Below, one piece after another: positions 47,886 to 57,175 of a DNA stretch of 64,000 nt. The position numbers were made by a program, and so were the translations under genes. Source of the stretch: Bradymonadia bacterium (GTDB lineage Bacteria > Myxococcota_A > Bradymonadia > UBA7976 > UBA1532); the NCBI GenBank assembly GCA_044376085.1, contig JBILLN010000007.1, positions 33,027 through 97,026 on the forward strand, given 5' to 3'. The notes under the pieces are model-generated. The model did no database searches. It was given only the letters and a program-made list of their open reading frames with translations, and was not told where the DNA came from. Each line of letters opens with the position of its first letter. The first letter of the stretch is position 1.

Positions 47886-49187
47886 TCAGGGGGCGGCGTC
47901 CGGCGGGCCGGCGTCCGTCGCGCCGGCATCGGGCGTCGGTGCGGGCGGACGCGCGTCGATGGTCACCTGCGCGGAGCGCGGCGGACTGCACGCGCCGCTG
48001 GTCTGTCCCTCGTCGTCGGTGACCCGCAGTTCGGCCAGATAGACCCCGGCGAAGTCCACGAAGAACTCGGAAACGGGTGTGCTCGGATCGTCCGCCGTGC
48101 CGATCGCCGGATCGTTGCGGTCGACGCGTTCGCGCGGCTGCGACGTCGACCCCTCGGGGCGGTCGAGCACGACCCACTCGTAGGTGACGGGCCGTCCGTT
48201 CGGGCCGTCGTTATCGAACGACGGACCGCCGTCGAGGCGCACGATGTCACCGACGGCGGCCGCGATGACGGGCGACGGCGTCAACGCGACCGGACACGCG
48301 TTCTCGACCCCCTGACCCTCGAGCGGGACGCGGGTCTCGAAGACGCGTCCTTCGAACGTGGAGCGGGCGACGAGCGTCGCGAATCGGGGCGCGGGCGCGT
48401 CCGGGGTGAGCTCCACGTCGACCTCGGTGTTCGACTCGACGACGAGCGGCCCCGGCGCGGGGCGGGCGATGCGGAACGCCGCGGCGTGCTCCCCCTCCAG
48501 CGTCAGCGTGTCGATGGGCACCGGGATGTCCGCGAAACACGGGGCGAGCGAGACCGTCCGGCTGTCGGGACGGCCGACGCGCGTCTGCCAACTCAAGGAC
48601 GCGGGCGTGGCGACGAGGCAGGCCTCGGGGGCGTCGTTGGCCAGGGGCACCTCGAGGGGCGCACCCTCGCCGAGCACGAAGACGAGGGTCGCGAGGTCGC
48701 GGCCGGGGCCGTCGGGCAGGTGCCGGACCTCGAGGTCGAAACGGCGGCCGGCGGACAGACCCGGCTGGCCGTCCGCGTCGGGATCCGAAAGCGACTCCGG
48801 AGTGCGGCGGACGTCGAGACCCATGATCAACGGAACGAACGTCGCATCGCCGCGCAGGACGACCTGCCGAAACTCGACGACACCACCGCCGACGTTCGAG
48901 AGCGTCAGCGTCCGCGTCGAGACCCCGTCGAGGAAGCTCAGGCGCGCCGGCTCGGCGACGAGGACCGGCGAGCCGCCCGGACCGTTGCCGGCATCGGCGA
49001 CCGCACCACCGCCGGGGGGCCCGGTGTCGGCGCGGCCGCCCGCCCCTGACGCGGCGCCCGCGGCGTCCAGCGAGGCTCCGGCGTCGGCATCGGCGTCGGT
49101 GGCCGGCCCGGGATCGCCGATACAGGCGGTGGCGAGGAGAAGCAGCGGTCCGGCGAGCCCGAAGGGGCGAGGGCGGCATCGAATCAT
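47886..49187 (-). CDS. Hypothetical lipoprotein with Ig/PKD-like beta domains
   Basis: GGAGG RBS; lipobox LLATAC; VTYEWVVLDRPEGS PKD-like signature. Confidence 0.55.
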   Translation of the reverse strand: MIRCRPRPFGLAGPLLLLATACIGDPGPATDADADAGASLDAAGAASGAGGRADTGPPGGGAVADAGNGPGGSPVLVAEPARLSFLDGVSTRTLTLSNVGGGVVEFRQVVLRGDATFVPLIMGLDVRRTPESLSDPDADGQPGLSAGRRFDLEVRHLPDGPGRDLATLVFVLGEGAPLEVPLANDAPEACLVATPASLSWQTRVGRPDSRTVSLAPCFADIPVPIDTLTLEGEHAAAFRIARPAPGPLVVESNTEVDVELTPDAPAPRFATLVARSTFEGRVFETRVPLEGQGVENACPVALTPSPVIAAAVGDIVRLDGGPSFDNDGPNGRPVTYEWVVLDRPEGSTSQPRERVDRNDPAIGTADDPSTPVSEFFVDFAGVYLAELRVTDDEGQTSGACSPPRSAQVTIDARPPAPTPDAGATDAGPPDAAP

Positions 49188-49280
49188 GTCAGACCTCCGT
49201 ACACGACCTCTACGCAGGTCCGGGTCGCCGGGGGAGGGCAAACCTTTGCACGGGACGCCGGCGCGTCGGAGTCGAAGCCG

Positions 49281-50537
49281 TCAGAGACGCCGCTCCGCCG
49301 AACGTGCATGCCCTTCGAGCCCCTCCAGACGGGCCAGCGCGGCCGCATCGCGGGCCAGGGGGCCCGGAGCGTCCATGGCCATCCAGGTCCGCACGCGCAG
49401 GAAGGTGAACACCGACAGGCCGCCGACGTGCCGTGCCGTACCGCCCGTCGGGAGCACGTGGTTGGGCCCTGCGCCGTAGTCGCCCAGGACCTCGGCGGCG
49501 CCGTGGCCCAGGAAGAGCCCGCCGTAATGGCGGAATCGGGTGCGCAGACCCTCGGCGTCCGGCGAGAGGACCTCCAGGTGCTCCGGCGCGAGCGTATCGC
49601 AGACGCGGATCGCCGTTTCGAGATCGTCGCAGAGCACCGCGAAACCGTTGGCGACGGCCGGGCGGGCCGTTTCGGCGGTCGGCAGCACGGCGAGCTGCGC
49701 GGCGAGCGCGGCGTCGACCCGCGCGGGGAGCCCCGGGTCCGTCGTGACCAGAATCGGCAGGGCGTCCGGATCGTGCTCGGCCTGGGCGAGCAGATCGGCG
49801 GCGATGGTGTCCGGATCGGCGTCCGCGTCGGCGGTGACCAGCACCACGAGCTCGGAGGGTCCAGCCAGCATATCGATGCCGACCTGGCCGGAGACGAGCT
49901 GTTTCGCGGCCGTGACCCAGCGGTTGCCCGGCCCCACGATGACGTCACAGGCCGCCACCGGGCCGGCGCCGTGGGCGAGCGCGGCGATGGCCTGCGCGCC
50001 GCCGCACGGCAGCAGCGCGTCCGCACCGGCCACGTACGCCGCCGCCAGCGTGACGGGCGCCGGCCGGGGCGAGGCGACGATGACATGTGAGACACCGGCC
50101 ACCCGGGCGGTGATCGCAGTCATCAGCACGGACGACGGCAGGGGAAAGCGTCCGCCGGGGGCATAACACCCGGCGCGCTCGACCGGCGAGACGGTGTGAC
50201 CGGCGCGTCCGCCCGGAATCTCGACCTCGACATCGCCGATTGCCGCTCGCTGAGCCGATGCGAACCGCTGGATGCGGTCGGCCGTGCGCGCGAGCAGGGC
50301 CTGTTCGGCCGCCGGGAGACGGTGGAACGCGGCGGCGAGCCGGTCGCGCGGGATCAGCAGCGGCGCGCCCGGAGCCAGGTCATCGAAGCGTTCGGCGAAA
50401 CTGCGCAGGGCGGCCTCGCCCCCGGTGCGAACCGCCTCGACGATGCGGGCGGCGGCCGCCAGCGTCTCCGGATCGACGGCGGGGCGCTTGAGGCTCGGCA
50501 GATCGGCCGGGCCGACGAGGCGGAGCATGGGTTTCAC
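49281..50537 (-). CDS. hisD: Histidinol dehydrogenase
   Basis: Conserved HisD motifs (CYAPGG, GPGNRWVTAAK, AEHDPDA, GDYGAGPNHVLPTGG). Confidence 0.9.
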   Translation of the reverse strand: MKPMLRLVGPADLPSLKRPAVDPETLAAAARIVEAVRTGGEAALRSFAERFDDLAPGAPLLIPRDRLAAAFHRLPAAEQALLARTADRIQRFASAQRAAIGDVEVEIPGGRAGHTVSPVERAGCYAPGGRFPLPSSVLMTAITARVAGVSHVIVASPRPAPVTLAAAYVAGADALLPCGGAQAIAALAHGAGPVAACDVIVGPGNRWVTAAKQLVSGQVGIDMLAGPSELVVLVTADADADPDTIAADLLAQAEHDPDALPILVTTDPGLPARVDAALAAQLAVLPTAETARPAVANGFAVLCDDLETAIRVCDTLAPEHLEVLSPDAEGLRTRFRHYGGLFLGHGAAEVLGDYGAGPNHVLPTGGTARHVGGLSVFTFLRVRTWMAMDAPGPLARDAAALARLEGLEGHARSAERRL

Positions 50538-50543
50538 GGGCTG

Positions 50544-51833
50544 TCAGGTCTCCCGGGTCGGAGCGGGGGGAAGGGCGCCGGGTTTGGCATCCCCGGGGCG
50601 GCGGCGGACTTTGAGGGCGCGCGCGTCGAGAATGGCCTCGACCTGCGAGAGAGGGACACCGGCTCGGGCCAGGGCGACGAGGGCGAAATACACGACGTCG
50701 GCGACCTCGGCCGCGACGTGCCGAGGCTCGGTCGCCTCGGCGAGCTCCTGCGCCTCTTCGAGCAGTTTCGCCCGCAGCAGCGCCGGATCGTCGAGCAGAC
50801 GCCGCGTGTACGAGCCGGCGGGGGCGTCGACGACCCGCGCGGCGAGCGTCCGGGCCAGCTCGGGCAGGCCCCGCGCGCCGCCCCAGCAGGTGTGCGTGTT
50901 CTCGTGACAGAACCCCGGCGGGGTCTGTCGCACGGTGAAACGCAGCGCGTCGCGGTCACAATCGAGATCGATCGCGAGCAGTGTCTGTTCGGCCCCGCTG
51001 CTCGCGCCTTTGATCCAGAGACCCCGCTTCCGCGAGTGATACACGCCCTTCTGCAGTCGCACGGCCGTCCGGAGACTCTCGGCATCACTGTAGGCGAGGC
51101 CGAGCGCGACCCCGTGTTCGTCACAGACCACGGTGGGAAACAGACCATCCGGTCGGTCACTGACCAGTGGCGCGGCGATGGCATCGCCCAGGTCCAGCCG
51201 GCCGGTGTACAGCGCCATGCCGACCTGTGCATCGGCGCCGAGGCGGTCGAGCGCGGCGATGTCCTCCGGCGTCGTGACCCCGCCGGCAATGGTGACCCTG
51301 GCCGACCCGGCCGCCTCGACGAGCGCGGCGACGGCGTCGAGGTTCGTCCCCCCGAGGCGGCCCTCGCGCTCGACGAACGTGACCAGAAAGCCACCGACGA
51401 GGTCCCGCAGCGCGTGCATGCGTTCGACGATGGTCGTGCCCGTCCCCTTCGTCCAGCCCTCGACCACGACCTCGCCATCGACGGCATCCAGCGCCGCGAT
51501 GACCCGCTCCCGGGGCAGCTCGCGGAGGATTTCGGGCTTCGCCATCGTGCCCAGGATGACCGAGGCCGCGCCCGCGTCGAGCCAGTCCAGGGCGGCCTGT
51601 ACGCTGCGGATGCCCCCGCCCACGCGGCAGCGGGCGAGTTTCACCAGGTCGCGGATGAGGTGGGCATTGCTCCCCCGGCCCAGCGCCGCGTCGAGGTCGA
51701 TGACCGCGAGGTTGCCGGCGAGCCGGAACTTCTCGGCAATGGGACGGGGATCACCGGCGTCGAGCGCGCGGGTCTTGCCGCCCACGAGCTGCACCGTCTG
51801 TCCGTCCATCAAGTCGATCGAAGGTACGATCAC
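50544..51833 (-). CDS. hisA-hisIE: Tri-functional fusion of HisA (ProFAR isomerase), HisI (PR-AMP cyclohydrolase) and HisE (PR-ATP pyrophosphatase)
   Basis: N-terminal VIVPSIDLMDGQ... TIM-barrel HisA (~235 aa), then HisI (CDRDALRF...CHENTHTCW), then HisE helical domain, in one continuous ORF; GTGA overlap with the hisF stop. Confidence 0.75.
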   Translation of the reverse strand: MIVPSIDLMDGQTVQLVGGKTRALDAGDPRPIAEKFRLAGNLAVIDLDAALGRGSNAHLIRDLVKLARCRVGGGIRSVQAALDWLDAGAASVILGTMAKPEILRELPRERVIAALDAVDGEVVVEGWTKGTGTTIVERMHALRDLVGGFLVTFVEREGRLGGTNLDAVAALVEAAGSARVTIAGGVTTPEDIAALDRLGADAQVGMALYTGRLDLGDAIAAPLVSDRPDGLFPTVVCDEHGVALGLAYSDAESLRTAVRLQKGVYHSRKRGLWIKGASSGAEQTLLAIDLDCDRDALRFTVRQTPPGFCHENTHTCWGGARGLPELARTLAARVVDAPAGSYTRRLLDDPALLRAKLLEEAQELAEATEPRHVAAEVADVVYFALVALARAGVPLSQVEAILDARALKVRRRPGDAKPGALPPAPTRET

Positions 51834-52606
51834 AGGCGGATTCTCCCATCGAAACCGAGCGAGACGAGCGCGTGCTTCACCTGGGCCACGGTGAAATCGC
51901 CGTCGTGGAAGATGGAGGCCGCCAGCACCGCGTCGGCGCCGGCGCGCAAGGCCAAAGCCAGGTGGTCCGCCGTGGCCGCGCCGCCGGACGCGATGACGGG
52001 GACGTGGACCGCGGCGGAGACGGCGGCGAGGAGGGCCGTATCGTAACCGGAGCGGGTGCCGTCTTTGTCCCAGCTCGTGAGCAGGACCTCCCCCGCGCCC
52101 CGCTCCTGGGCCTCGCGCGCCCAGGCGACGGCATCGATACCGGTGCGGTGTCTGCCCGACTGCGTGACGACTTCCCAGCGCGGCGCGTCCTCCGGTGAGC
52201 CGGGCACGCGCGCCGCGTCGAGCGCCAGGACGGCGCACTGGCGGCCGAAGCGCTCGGCGATCTCGGAGATCAGCGTCGGATTCTCCACGGCCGCCGTGTT
52301 GACGCTCACTTTGTCCGCGCCGGCCTCCAGCAGGGCGGCGGCGTTCTCGGCGCGTCGCACGCCGCCACCGACGGTGAGCGGAATCCCGAGCACCGCGCGG
52401 ATCGAACGCACGGTGACGACGGCGGTGGCGCGTCCCTCCGGCGTGGCGGAGACGTCGAGCATCACGAGCTCGTCCGCGCCCTGCGCCTCGTAGGCCGCGG
52501 CCCGTTCGGCGGGGTCGCCGGCGTCCCGCAGGCCGCTGAAGCGCACGCCCTTGACCACGCGACCGTCGCGGACGTCGAGACAGGGAATGATGCGATGGGT
52601 CAGCAC
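51830..52606 (-). CDS. hisF: Imidazole glycerol phosphate synthase cyclase subunit
   Basis: HRIIPCLDVRDGRVVKGVRF start motif; start trimmed to GTG (VLTHRIIP). Confidence 0.9.
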   Translation of the reverse strand: MLTHRIIPCLDVRDGRVVKGVRFSGLRDAGDPAERAAAYEAQGADELVMLDVSATPEGRATAVVTVRSIRAVLGIPLTVGGGVRRAENAAALLEAGADKVSVNTAAVENPTLISEIAERFGRQCAVLALDAARVPGSPEDAPRWEVVTQSGRHRTGIDAVAWAREAQERGAGEVLLTSWDKDGTRSGYDTALLAAVSAAVHVPVIASGGAATADHLALALRAGADAVLAASIFHDGDFTVAQVKHALVSLGFDGRIRL

Positions 52607-53214
52607 GGGCGCGCCCCCGCGTCGAGCCAGCGGCTCAGGAGCGCCCGACCGAAGGCGCCCGAGAGTTCGGGGTGAAACTGACACAGCAGCACGGGACCGC
52701 GTTCGAGCGCGGCCACGAAGGGCTCACCGTGGGTGGCCATCGCGGCCCGCCAACCCTCGGGCGGGGATGCGAGCCGGTAACTGTTCGCGAAGTAGACGTG
52801 ACCGGCGTGCAGCAGCCGGCAGCCTGGCTCGGGGTCGATGTGATTCCAGCCGAGCTGCGGAATCCTGACCGACGCATCGCGAAATCGCTCGATGGTCGCG
52901 GGAAACAGACCCAGGCCGGTCACGCCCGGGGTCTCTTCGCTGTGTGCCGCGAAGAGCTGCATGCCGAGACAGATGCCCATCGTGGGGCGCCCCGCGGTCG
53001 CGCGTTCGCGCAGGGCCTCCATGAGACCGAGACGTTCGAGCTCGGCGGCGGCCGCACCGAAGGCGCCGACCCCGGGCAACATGACACGGTCGGCGCGCCG
53101 CACGACCTCGGGGTCGTCGGTCAGCAGCGGATGCCCGCCGGCCCGCGTCAGGCCGGCCAGCACCGACGCCAGATTGGCGGTGCCGGTGCGGACCACGTAG
53201 ACCGGGAGCGTCAC
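52600..53214 (-). CDS. hisH: Imidazole glycerol phosphate synthase glutamine amidotransferase subunit
   Basis: GICLGMQ catalytic Cys motif; CQFHPE; GTGA overlap with the hisB stop. Confidence 0.85.
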   Translation of the reverse strand: MTLPVYVVRTGTANLASVLAGLTRAGGHPLLTDDPEVVRRADRVMLPGVGAFGAAAAELERLGLMEALRERATAGRPTMGICLGMQLFAAHSEETPGVTGLGLFPATIERFRDASVRIPQLGWNHIDPEPGCRLLHAGHVYFANSYRLASPPEGWRAAMATHGEPFVAALERGPVLLCQFHPELSGAFGRALLSRWLDAGARPC

Positions 53215-53816
53215 AGCATCCCCTTGGTGCTCGGGACATCGCCGCCGATGTGATACACCGCGTCCCGGAGGGCCACGGCCGTCGCCTTGAAGGCGGCTTC
53301 GGCCCGGTGGTGATCGTTCTCGCCGCGCAGGACGTCCACGTGCAGGCAGGCGCGCGCACCGAAGGCCAGGGACCGGAAGAAGTGACCGATGTTCTCGCAC
53401 GCCAGACCGCCGATGGCGTCGCGGCGCAGGGCGAGATCCACCACGGCAAAGGGCCGGCCCGAGAGGTCCCAGACGGCGCGGGCGAGGGCCTCGTCCAGCG
53501 GTGCATAGGCGCTGCCGAAGCGTCGCAGACCGGCGCGATCCCCCAAGGCGGCATCGAGCGCGGCCCCCAGCGCGAGCGCGCAGTCTTCGGCGGTATGGTG
53601 GTCGTCGACCTCGAGGTCGCCTTCGCAGCGCAGGGTGAGATCGAGGCCCCCGTGGCGGGCGAGCGTCGTCAGCATGTGGTCCAGGAAACCGATGCCGGTC
53701 TGGATGTCCGCCGTACCGCGGCCGTCGAGGGTCAGGACGCAGACGATGTCCGTCTCTTTGGTGCGGCGCCGGATCTCGGCGTTTCGGGGCGCGCTCAGGG
53801 CCACGGGGCCTCCCAC
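53211..53816 (-). CDS. hisB: Imidazoleglycerol-phosphate dehydratase (IGPD domain only, no phosphatase domain)
   Basis: RRTKETDI start; HHTAED and HHRAEAAFKA metal-binding motifs; 201 aa. Confidence 0.9.
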   Translation of the reverse strand: MGGPVALSAPRNAEIRRRTKETDIVCVLTLDGRGTADIQTGIGFLDHMLTTLARHGGLDLTLRCEGDLEVDDHHTAEDCALALGAALDAALGDRAGLRRFGSAYAPLDEALARAVWDLSGRPFAVVDLALRRDAIGGLACENIGHFFRSLAFGARACLHVDVLRGENDHHRAEAAFKATAVALRDAVYHIGGDVPSTKGML

Positions 53817-55528
53817 TCGGCGGGTTGCGTGAGGACGCGGGCGGCGCCCGCAGCCAGAAGGGGCGAGGCGTCGCGCTCGCCGGGGGCCAGGACGCCGAGC
53901 GGCAGGACGCCCGCGCCGCGGGCCGCCCGGATGTCATCGGGCGTGTCGCCGAGGAGCCAGGCCCGCGAGACCCGAAGGCGCTGCATCAAGAGCCGCACCG
54001 GCGCCGGATCGGGCTTCAGGGGCGCGTCCTCCATGCAGACCGTGGCCGCGAAGAACGGGCGCAACCCGAAATGGTCGAGGAAGCGCGCGAGGTCTCGCGC
54101 CGGGCGCCCGGTCACGATGCCCAACGGCCGCCGCCCGGCCCAGGCGGCGATGAGTTCGCGCGATATGCGGAGCGTCTCGTTCGTCCACAGGCCGGGCCGC
54201 TCCTCGTCCCCGTGGTAGAGAGCCTCGAACCGCGCCTTCACCGTCTCGAACGAGACCTCGACCCCCCGGGCACCCAACAGACGATGCGTCACCACCCAGT
54301 CGTTATTGGCGTTGCCGGCGGCCTTGACCGCGGCGATGTCTTCTCCCGTGACGGCGACGCCGAAGTGTTCGCAGGTGCCGATGATGGCAGCCCGGTACGA
54401 CGTCGACACATCGGCGAGCACCCCGTCGAGATCGAAGAGCATGGCCTCGGGGCGCAGGGTCACCTCGAGCGCGTGGCGAAGGCGCTCGAAGTCGATCTCC
54501 GAGCCGGGACACGTGATGCGGACGGCGTCCTCGAGCATCGGTTTGCCCGGGAACGCCCGGATGGCGATGCCGAACCCGGAGAGCGCGTCGCGCAGCCACA
54601 CCGGATCGGCCACCCGCGCAAAGACGAAGTTGCCCTCCGAAGGCTCCGGCCGACCACCGCCGGCGCCGAGGGTCGCGCTCAGTCCCTCGCGCTCGCGGCG
54701 CACCGTGTCGATGAACGCGGCGACGGCCTCTTCGCCGGACTCGAGGGCGGCGGCGGCGAGGGCCAGGGACGGCCCGGAGACGGGGTACGGGCCGCCGCAC
54801 GCGCGCAGCCAGCGGATCACGGTCGGATGCCCCGCGCAATAGCCGATGCGCAGGCCGGCGAGCCCCCAGGCCTTGGAGACCGTGCGCACCACGAGTGCAT
54901 TGGGCAGCGCCAGCGCGGCCTCGCAGAGCGCGGCCGTCTCCGGCGAGGCGAACTCGACGTAGGCCAGATCGACCAGAATCAGCGCGTGGGGGGCGGCGTC
55001 GGCGACGCGCCGGAGGTCCTCGACCGTCGCGACGGCGCCGGTGGGGTTGTTGGGCGAGACCAGCGCGATCATCGCCGTCTGCGGGGTGATGGCTGCGAGG
55101 ACGGCCTCGCGCGGCCAGGCGCCCCCCGGCCAGGGTACGGAGACGGGCTGACCGCCGGACAACCGGGCGTAGCGGGCGATCATCTCGAACGTGGGTTCGG
55201 GCAGAACGAGCTCACGTCCGGGGGCGAGCACGGCGCGACAGGCCCGGTCGATGGACTCGTCCCCACCGGCCGTCACGAGCACGCGGTCGGCCGACACACC
55301 CAGACGCTCGGCAAAGGCGGCCTCCAGCGCCGCGGCGCCCGGGTAGCGGCGCAACAGATCCGCCCCCCGTGCGGGCAGCGCCGCGTAGAGGTCGAGCGAG
55401 GGCACCGCGCCCTCGTTGCCATCGAGGTACAGATCCAGCGGGGCGCTCGCCCGAGGCACCGTGTAGTGGCTCGCGGTGGCCGCCCCGGGGGAGGGGACGA
55501 TGCGGGGCTCGGCGGGCGACGCGGGCAT
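53795..55528 (-). CDS. hisC: Histidinol-phosphate aminotransferase fused to a C-terminal HAD-superfamily phosphatase domain
   Basis: TVSKAWGLAGLRIGY PLP-Lys motif (~355 aa HisC) followed by HAD motifs I LFDLDGVL, II IVTGRP, III K(LKPD), IV LLGDTPDDIRAARGAG. Confidence 0.8.
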   Translation of the reverse strand: MPASPAEPRIVPSPGAATASHYTVPRASAPLDLYLDGNEGAVPSLDLYAALPARGADLLRRYPGAAALEAAFAERLGVSADRVLVTAGGDESIDRACRAVLAPGRELVLPEPTFEMIARYARLSGGQPVSVPWPGGAWPREAVLAAITPQTAMIALVSPNNPTGAVATVEDLRRVADAAPHALILVDLAYVEFASPETAALCEAALALPNALVVRTVSKAWGLAGLRIGYCAGHPTVIRWLRACGGPYPVSGPSLALAAAALESGEEAVAAFIDTVRREREGLSATLGAGGGRPEPSEGNFVFARVADPVWLRDALSGFGIAIRAFPGKPMLEDAVRITCPGSEIDFERLRHALEVTLRPEAMLFDLDGVLADVSTSYRAAIIGTCEHFGVAVTGEDIAAVKAAGNANNDWVVTHRLLGARGVEVSFETVKARFEALYHGDEERPGLWTNETLRISRELIAAWAGRRPLGIVTGRPARDLARFLDHFGLRPFFAATVCMEDAPLKPDPAPVRLLMQRLRVSRAWLLGDTPDDIRAARGAGVLPLGVLAPGERDASPLLAAGAARVLTQPAEWEAPWP

Positions 55529-55532
55529 GGCC

Positions 55533-56402
55533 TCAGGGCACGATCTGGCCGAGCGCGCTGACCACGATGTCGGAGCCGCCGCGGGCCTTCAGCTCGGGGA
55601 TGATGCGCGGCAGATCGGCGCGGGGCACGGCCGCCTTGACGGCGTACCCGGCGTCGCCGTGCAGGGGGCTGATGGTGGGCTCGCGCATGCACGGGAGGGC
55701 GGCGCAGACGGCCTCGAGGGCCTCGCGCGTCACGTTGACCTCGAGCATCACCCGCTTGCGGGCTTCGAGCACCGAGCGCAGCAGCATCACGAACCGCTCG
55801 ATGATCGCCCGCTTCTCGGGGTGCTCCAGCGCCGCGGGGTGGGCGTACATGCGCGTCGACGACCGCATGAGCTCGTCGACGATCTCGAGCCCGTTGGCCA
55901 CGAGCGTCGCCCCGGTGGCCGTATTGTCCACGATGCAGTCGGCGTCCTCCGGCGGAAAGACCTCGGTGGCCCCCCAGGAATGGACGAACGTGGCGTTCAG
56001 ACCGCGGTCCGCGATCCAGCGCCGGGTCAGGGCACGATATTCGCTGGCGACGACGAGCGGGCGACCCCCGACGTGCGGCGGCAGCCGGCCGTTCACCAGG
56101 AGCTCGACGGGGGCGGCTGCGACCAGACGCACCGGATCCATCTCGGTGTCGAGCAGATCGACCAGCGTGTCGGTCGCGCCGAGCTCGGCGACCCAGTCGG
56201 CCCCCGCGAAGCCGAGATCCCGAGAGCCCGCACGCAGCATTTCGACGATGCTCTGGGGCTTGAGCACCTTGGCCTCGACCCCGGGCAGGGAGACGTGGGG
56301 GCGGTAGCCGCGGCTGCCGGCACGCAGCTTGATGCCCGCGTCGGCCATGAGGGCCGTCACGCCGTCCTGCATTCGTCCTTTGGGCAACGCGAGCTTCAGC
56401 AA
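55533..56402 (-). CDS. hisG: ATP phosphoribosyltransferase (long form)
   Basis: (M)LKLALPKGR start (TTG start per the ORF track); 289 aa including a C-terminal regulatory domain. Confidence 0.85.
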   Translation of the reverse strand: MLKLALPKGRMQDGVTALMADAGIKLRAGSRGYRPHVSLPGVEAKVLKPQSIVEMLRAGSRDLGFAGADWVAELGATDTLVDLLDTEMDPVRLVAAAPVELLVNGRLPPHVGGRPLVVASEYRALTRRWIADRGLNATFVHSWGATEVFPPEDADCIVDNTATGATLVANGLEIVDELMRSSTRMYAHPAALEHPEKRAIIERFVMLLRSVLEARKRVMLEVNVTREALEAVCAALPCMREPTISPLHGDAGYAVKAAVPRADLPRIIPELKARGGSDIVVSALGQIVP

Positions 56403-56494
56403 GGGCTTCTCCGGAAGGGGGTTCGGCGGTTTCCGTCGGGCGACCGCGCGGGATGATTGCCCGGCGGCGCGGGGGAACGCAAGCTGCGGGCGCC

Positions 56495-57172
56495 ATGCCC
56501 GTCTATCGACTCGACAAGCGCATCGCGTTCCCGGATCCGAACCTGGCCGGTGACGACAGCCTGCTGGCCGTGGGGGGCGATCTCTCGACCCCGCGCCTGC
56601 TGCTGGCCTATCAGTACTCGATCTTTCCCTGGTACAGCGAGGGTCAGCCCATCCTCTGGCACTCGCCCCCCTGGCGGCTGGTCGTCACGCCCGAGTCGCT
56701 GCACGTGGGCCGCACCACGCAGAAGTGGATGCGGCGCGGGGTGTACGAACTCCGGTACGACACGGCCTTCGAACGGGTGATGCGGGCCTGCGGAGAGGCG
56801 CCGCGGCCGGGGCAGGACGGCACCTGGGTCACCGAGGCGATGGTGCGCGCGTACACGCGGTTGCACCGCGAGGGCTTCGCGCACAGTGCGGAGGCCTGGC
56901 TCGACGGCGAGCTCGTCGGGGGTCTCTACGGTGTCACGCTGGGCGCCGTCTTCTTCGGAGAGTCCATGTTCAGCCGGCGCGACAACGCCTCGAAGGTCGT
57001 CTTCGGCACGTTGGCCCCCTGGCTGTTCGCGAACGGCTACCGGCTCATCGACTCGCAGGTCCATACCGAGCACGTCGAGCGGTTCGGCGGGTTCGAGATC
57101 GACCGCGAGGACTACCTCGAGCGGCTGCACGCGGCGCTGCGGTTCGACCCGGCGTTCGCGTGGCCGTCGTAG
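56495..57172 (+). CDS. aat: Leucyl/phenylalanyl-tRNA--protein transferase
   Basis: FPWYSEGQPILWHSP and GESMFS motifs typical of Aat; start trimmed to MPVYRLDKRIAFPDP. Confidence 0.85.
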   Translation: MPVYRLDKRIAFPDPNLAGDDSLLAVGGDLSTPRLLLAYQYSIFPWYSEGQPILWHSPPWRLVVTPESLHVGRTTQKWMRRGVYELRYDTAFERVMRACGEAPRPGQDGTWVTEAMVRAYTRLHREGFAHSAEAWLDGELVGGLYGVTLGAVFFGESMFSRRDNASKVVFGTLAPWLFANGYRLIDSQVHTEHVERFGGFEIDREDYLERLHAALRFDPAFAWPS

Positions 57173-57175
57173 GCG

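Noticed and set aside
56400-56460. 1-nt disagreement between my manual coordinate count and the ORF track for the hisG start and the 56453 ORF
   Set aside because: Most likely my counting error within one sequence line; ORF-track coordinates were used. This is not evidence of a frameshift.
56403-56494. Possible his-operon leader peptide or attenuator upstream of hisG
   Set aside because: No run of His codons and no obvious alternative hairpins in the 92-bp region; attenuation of this type is not expected here.
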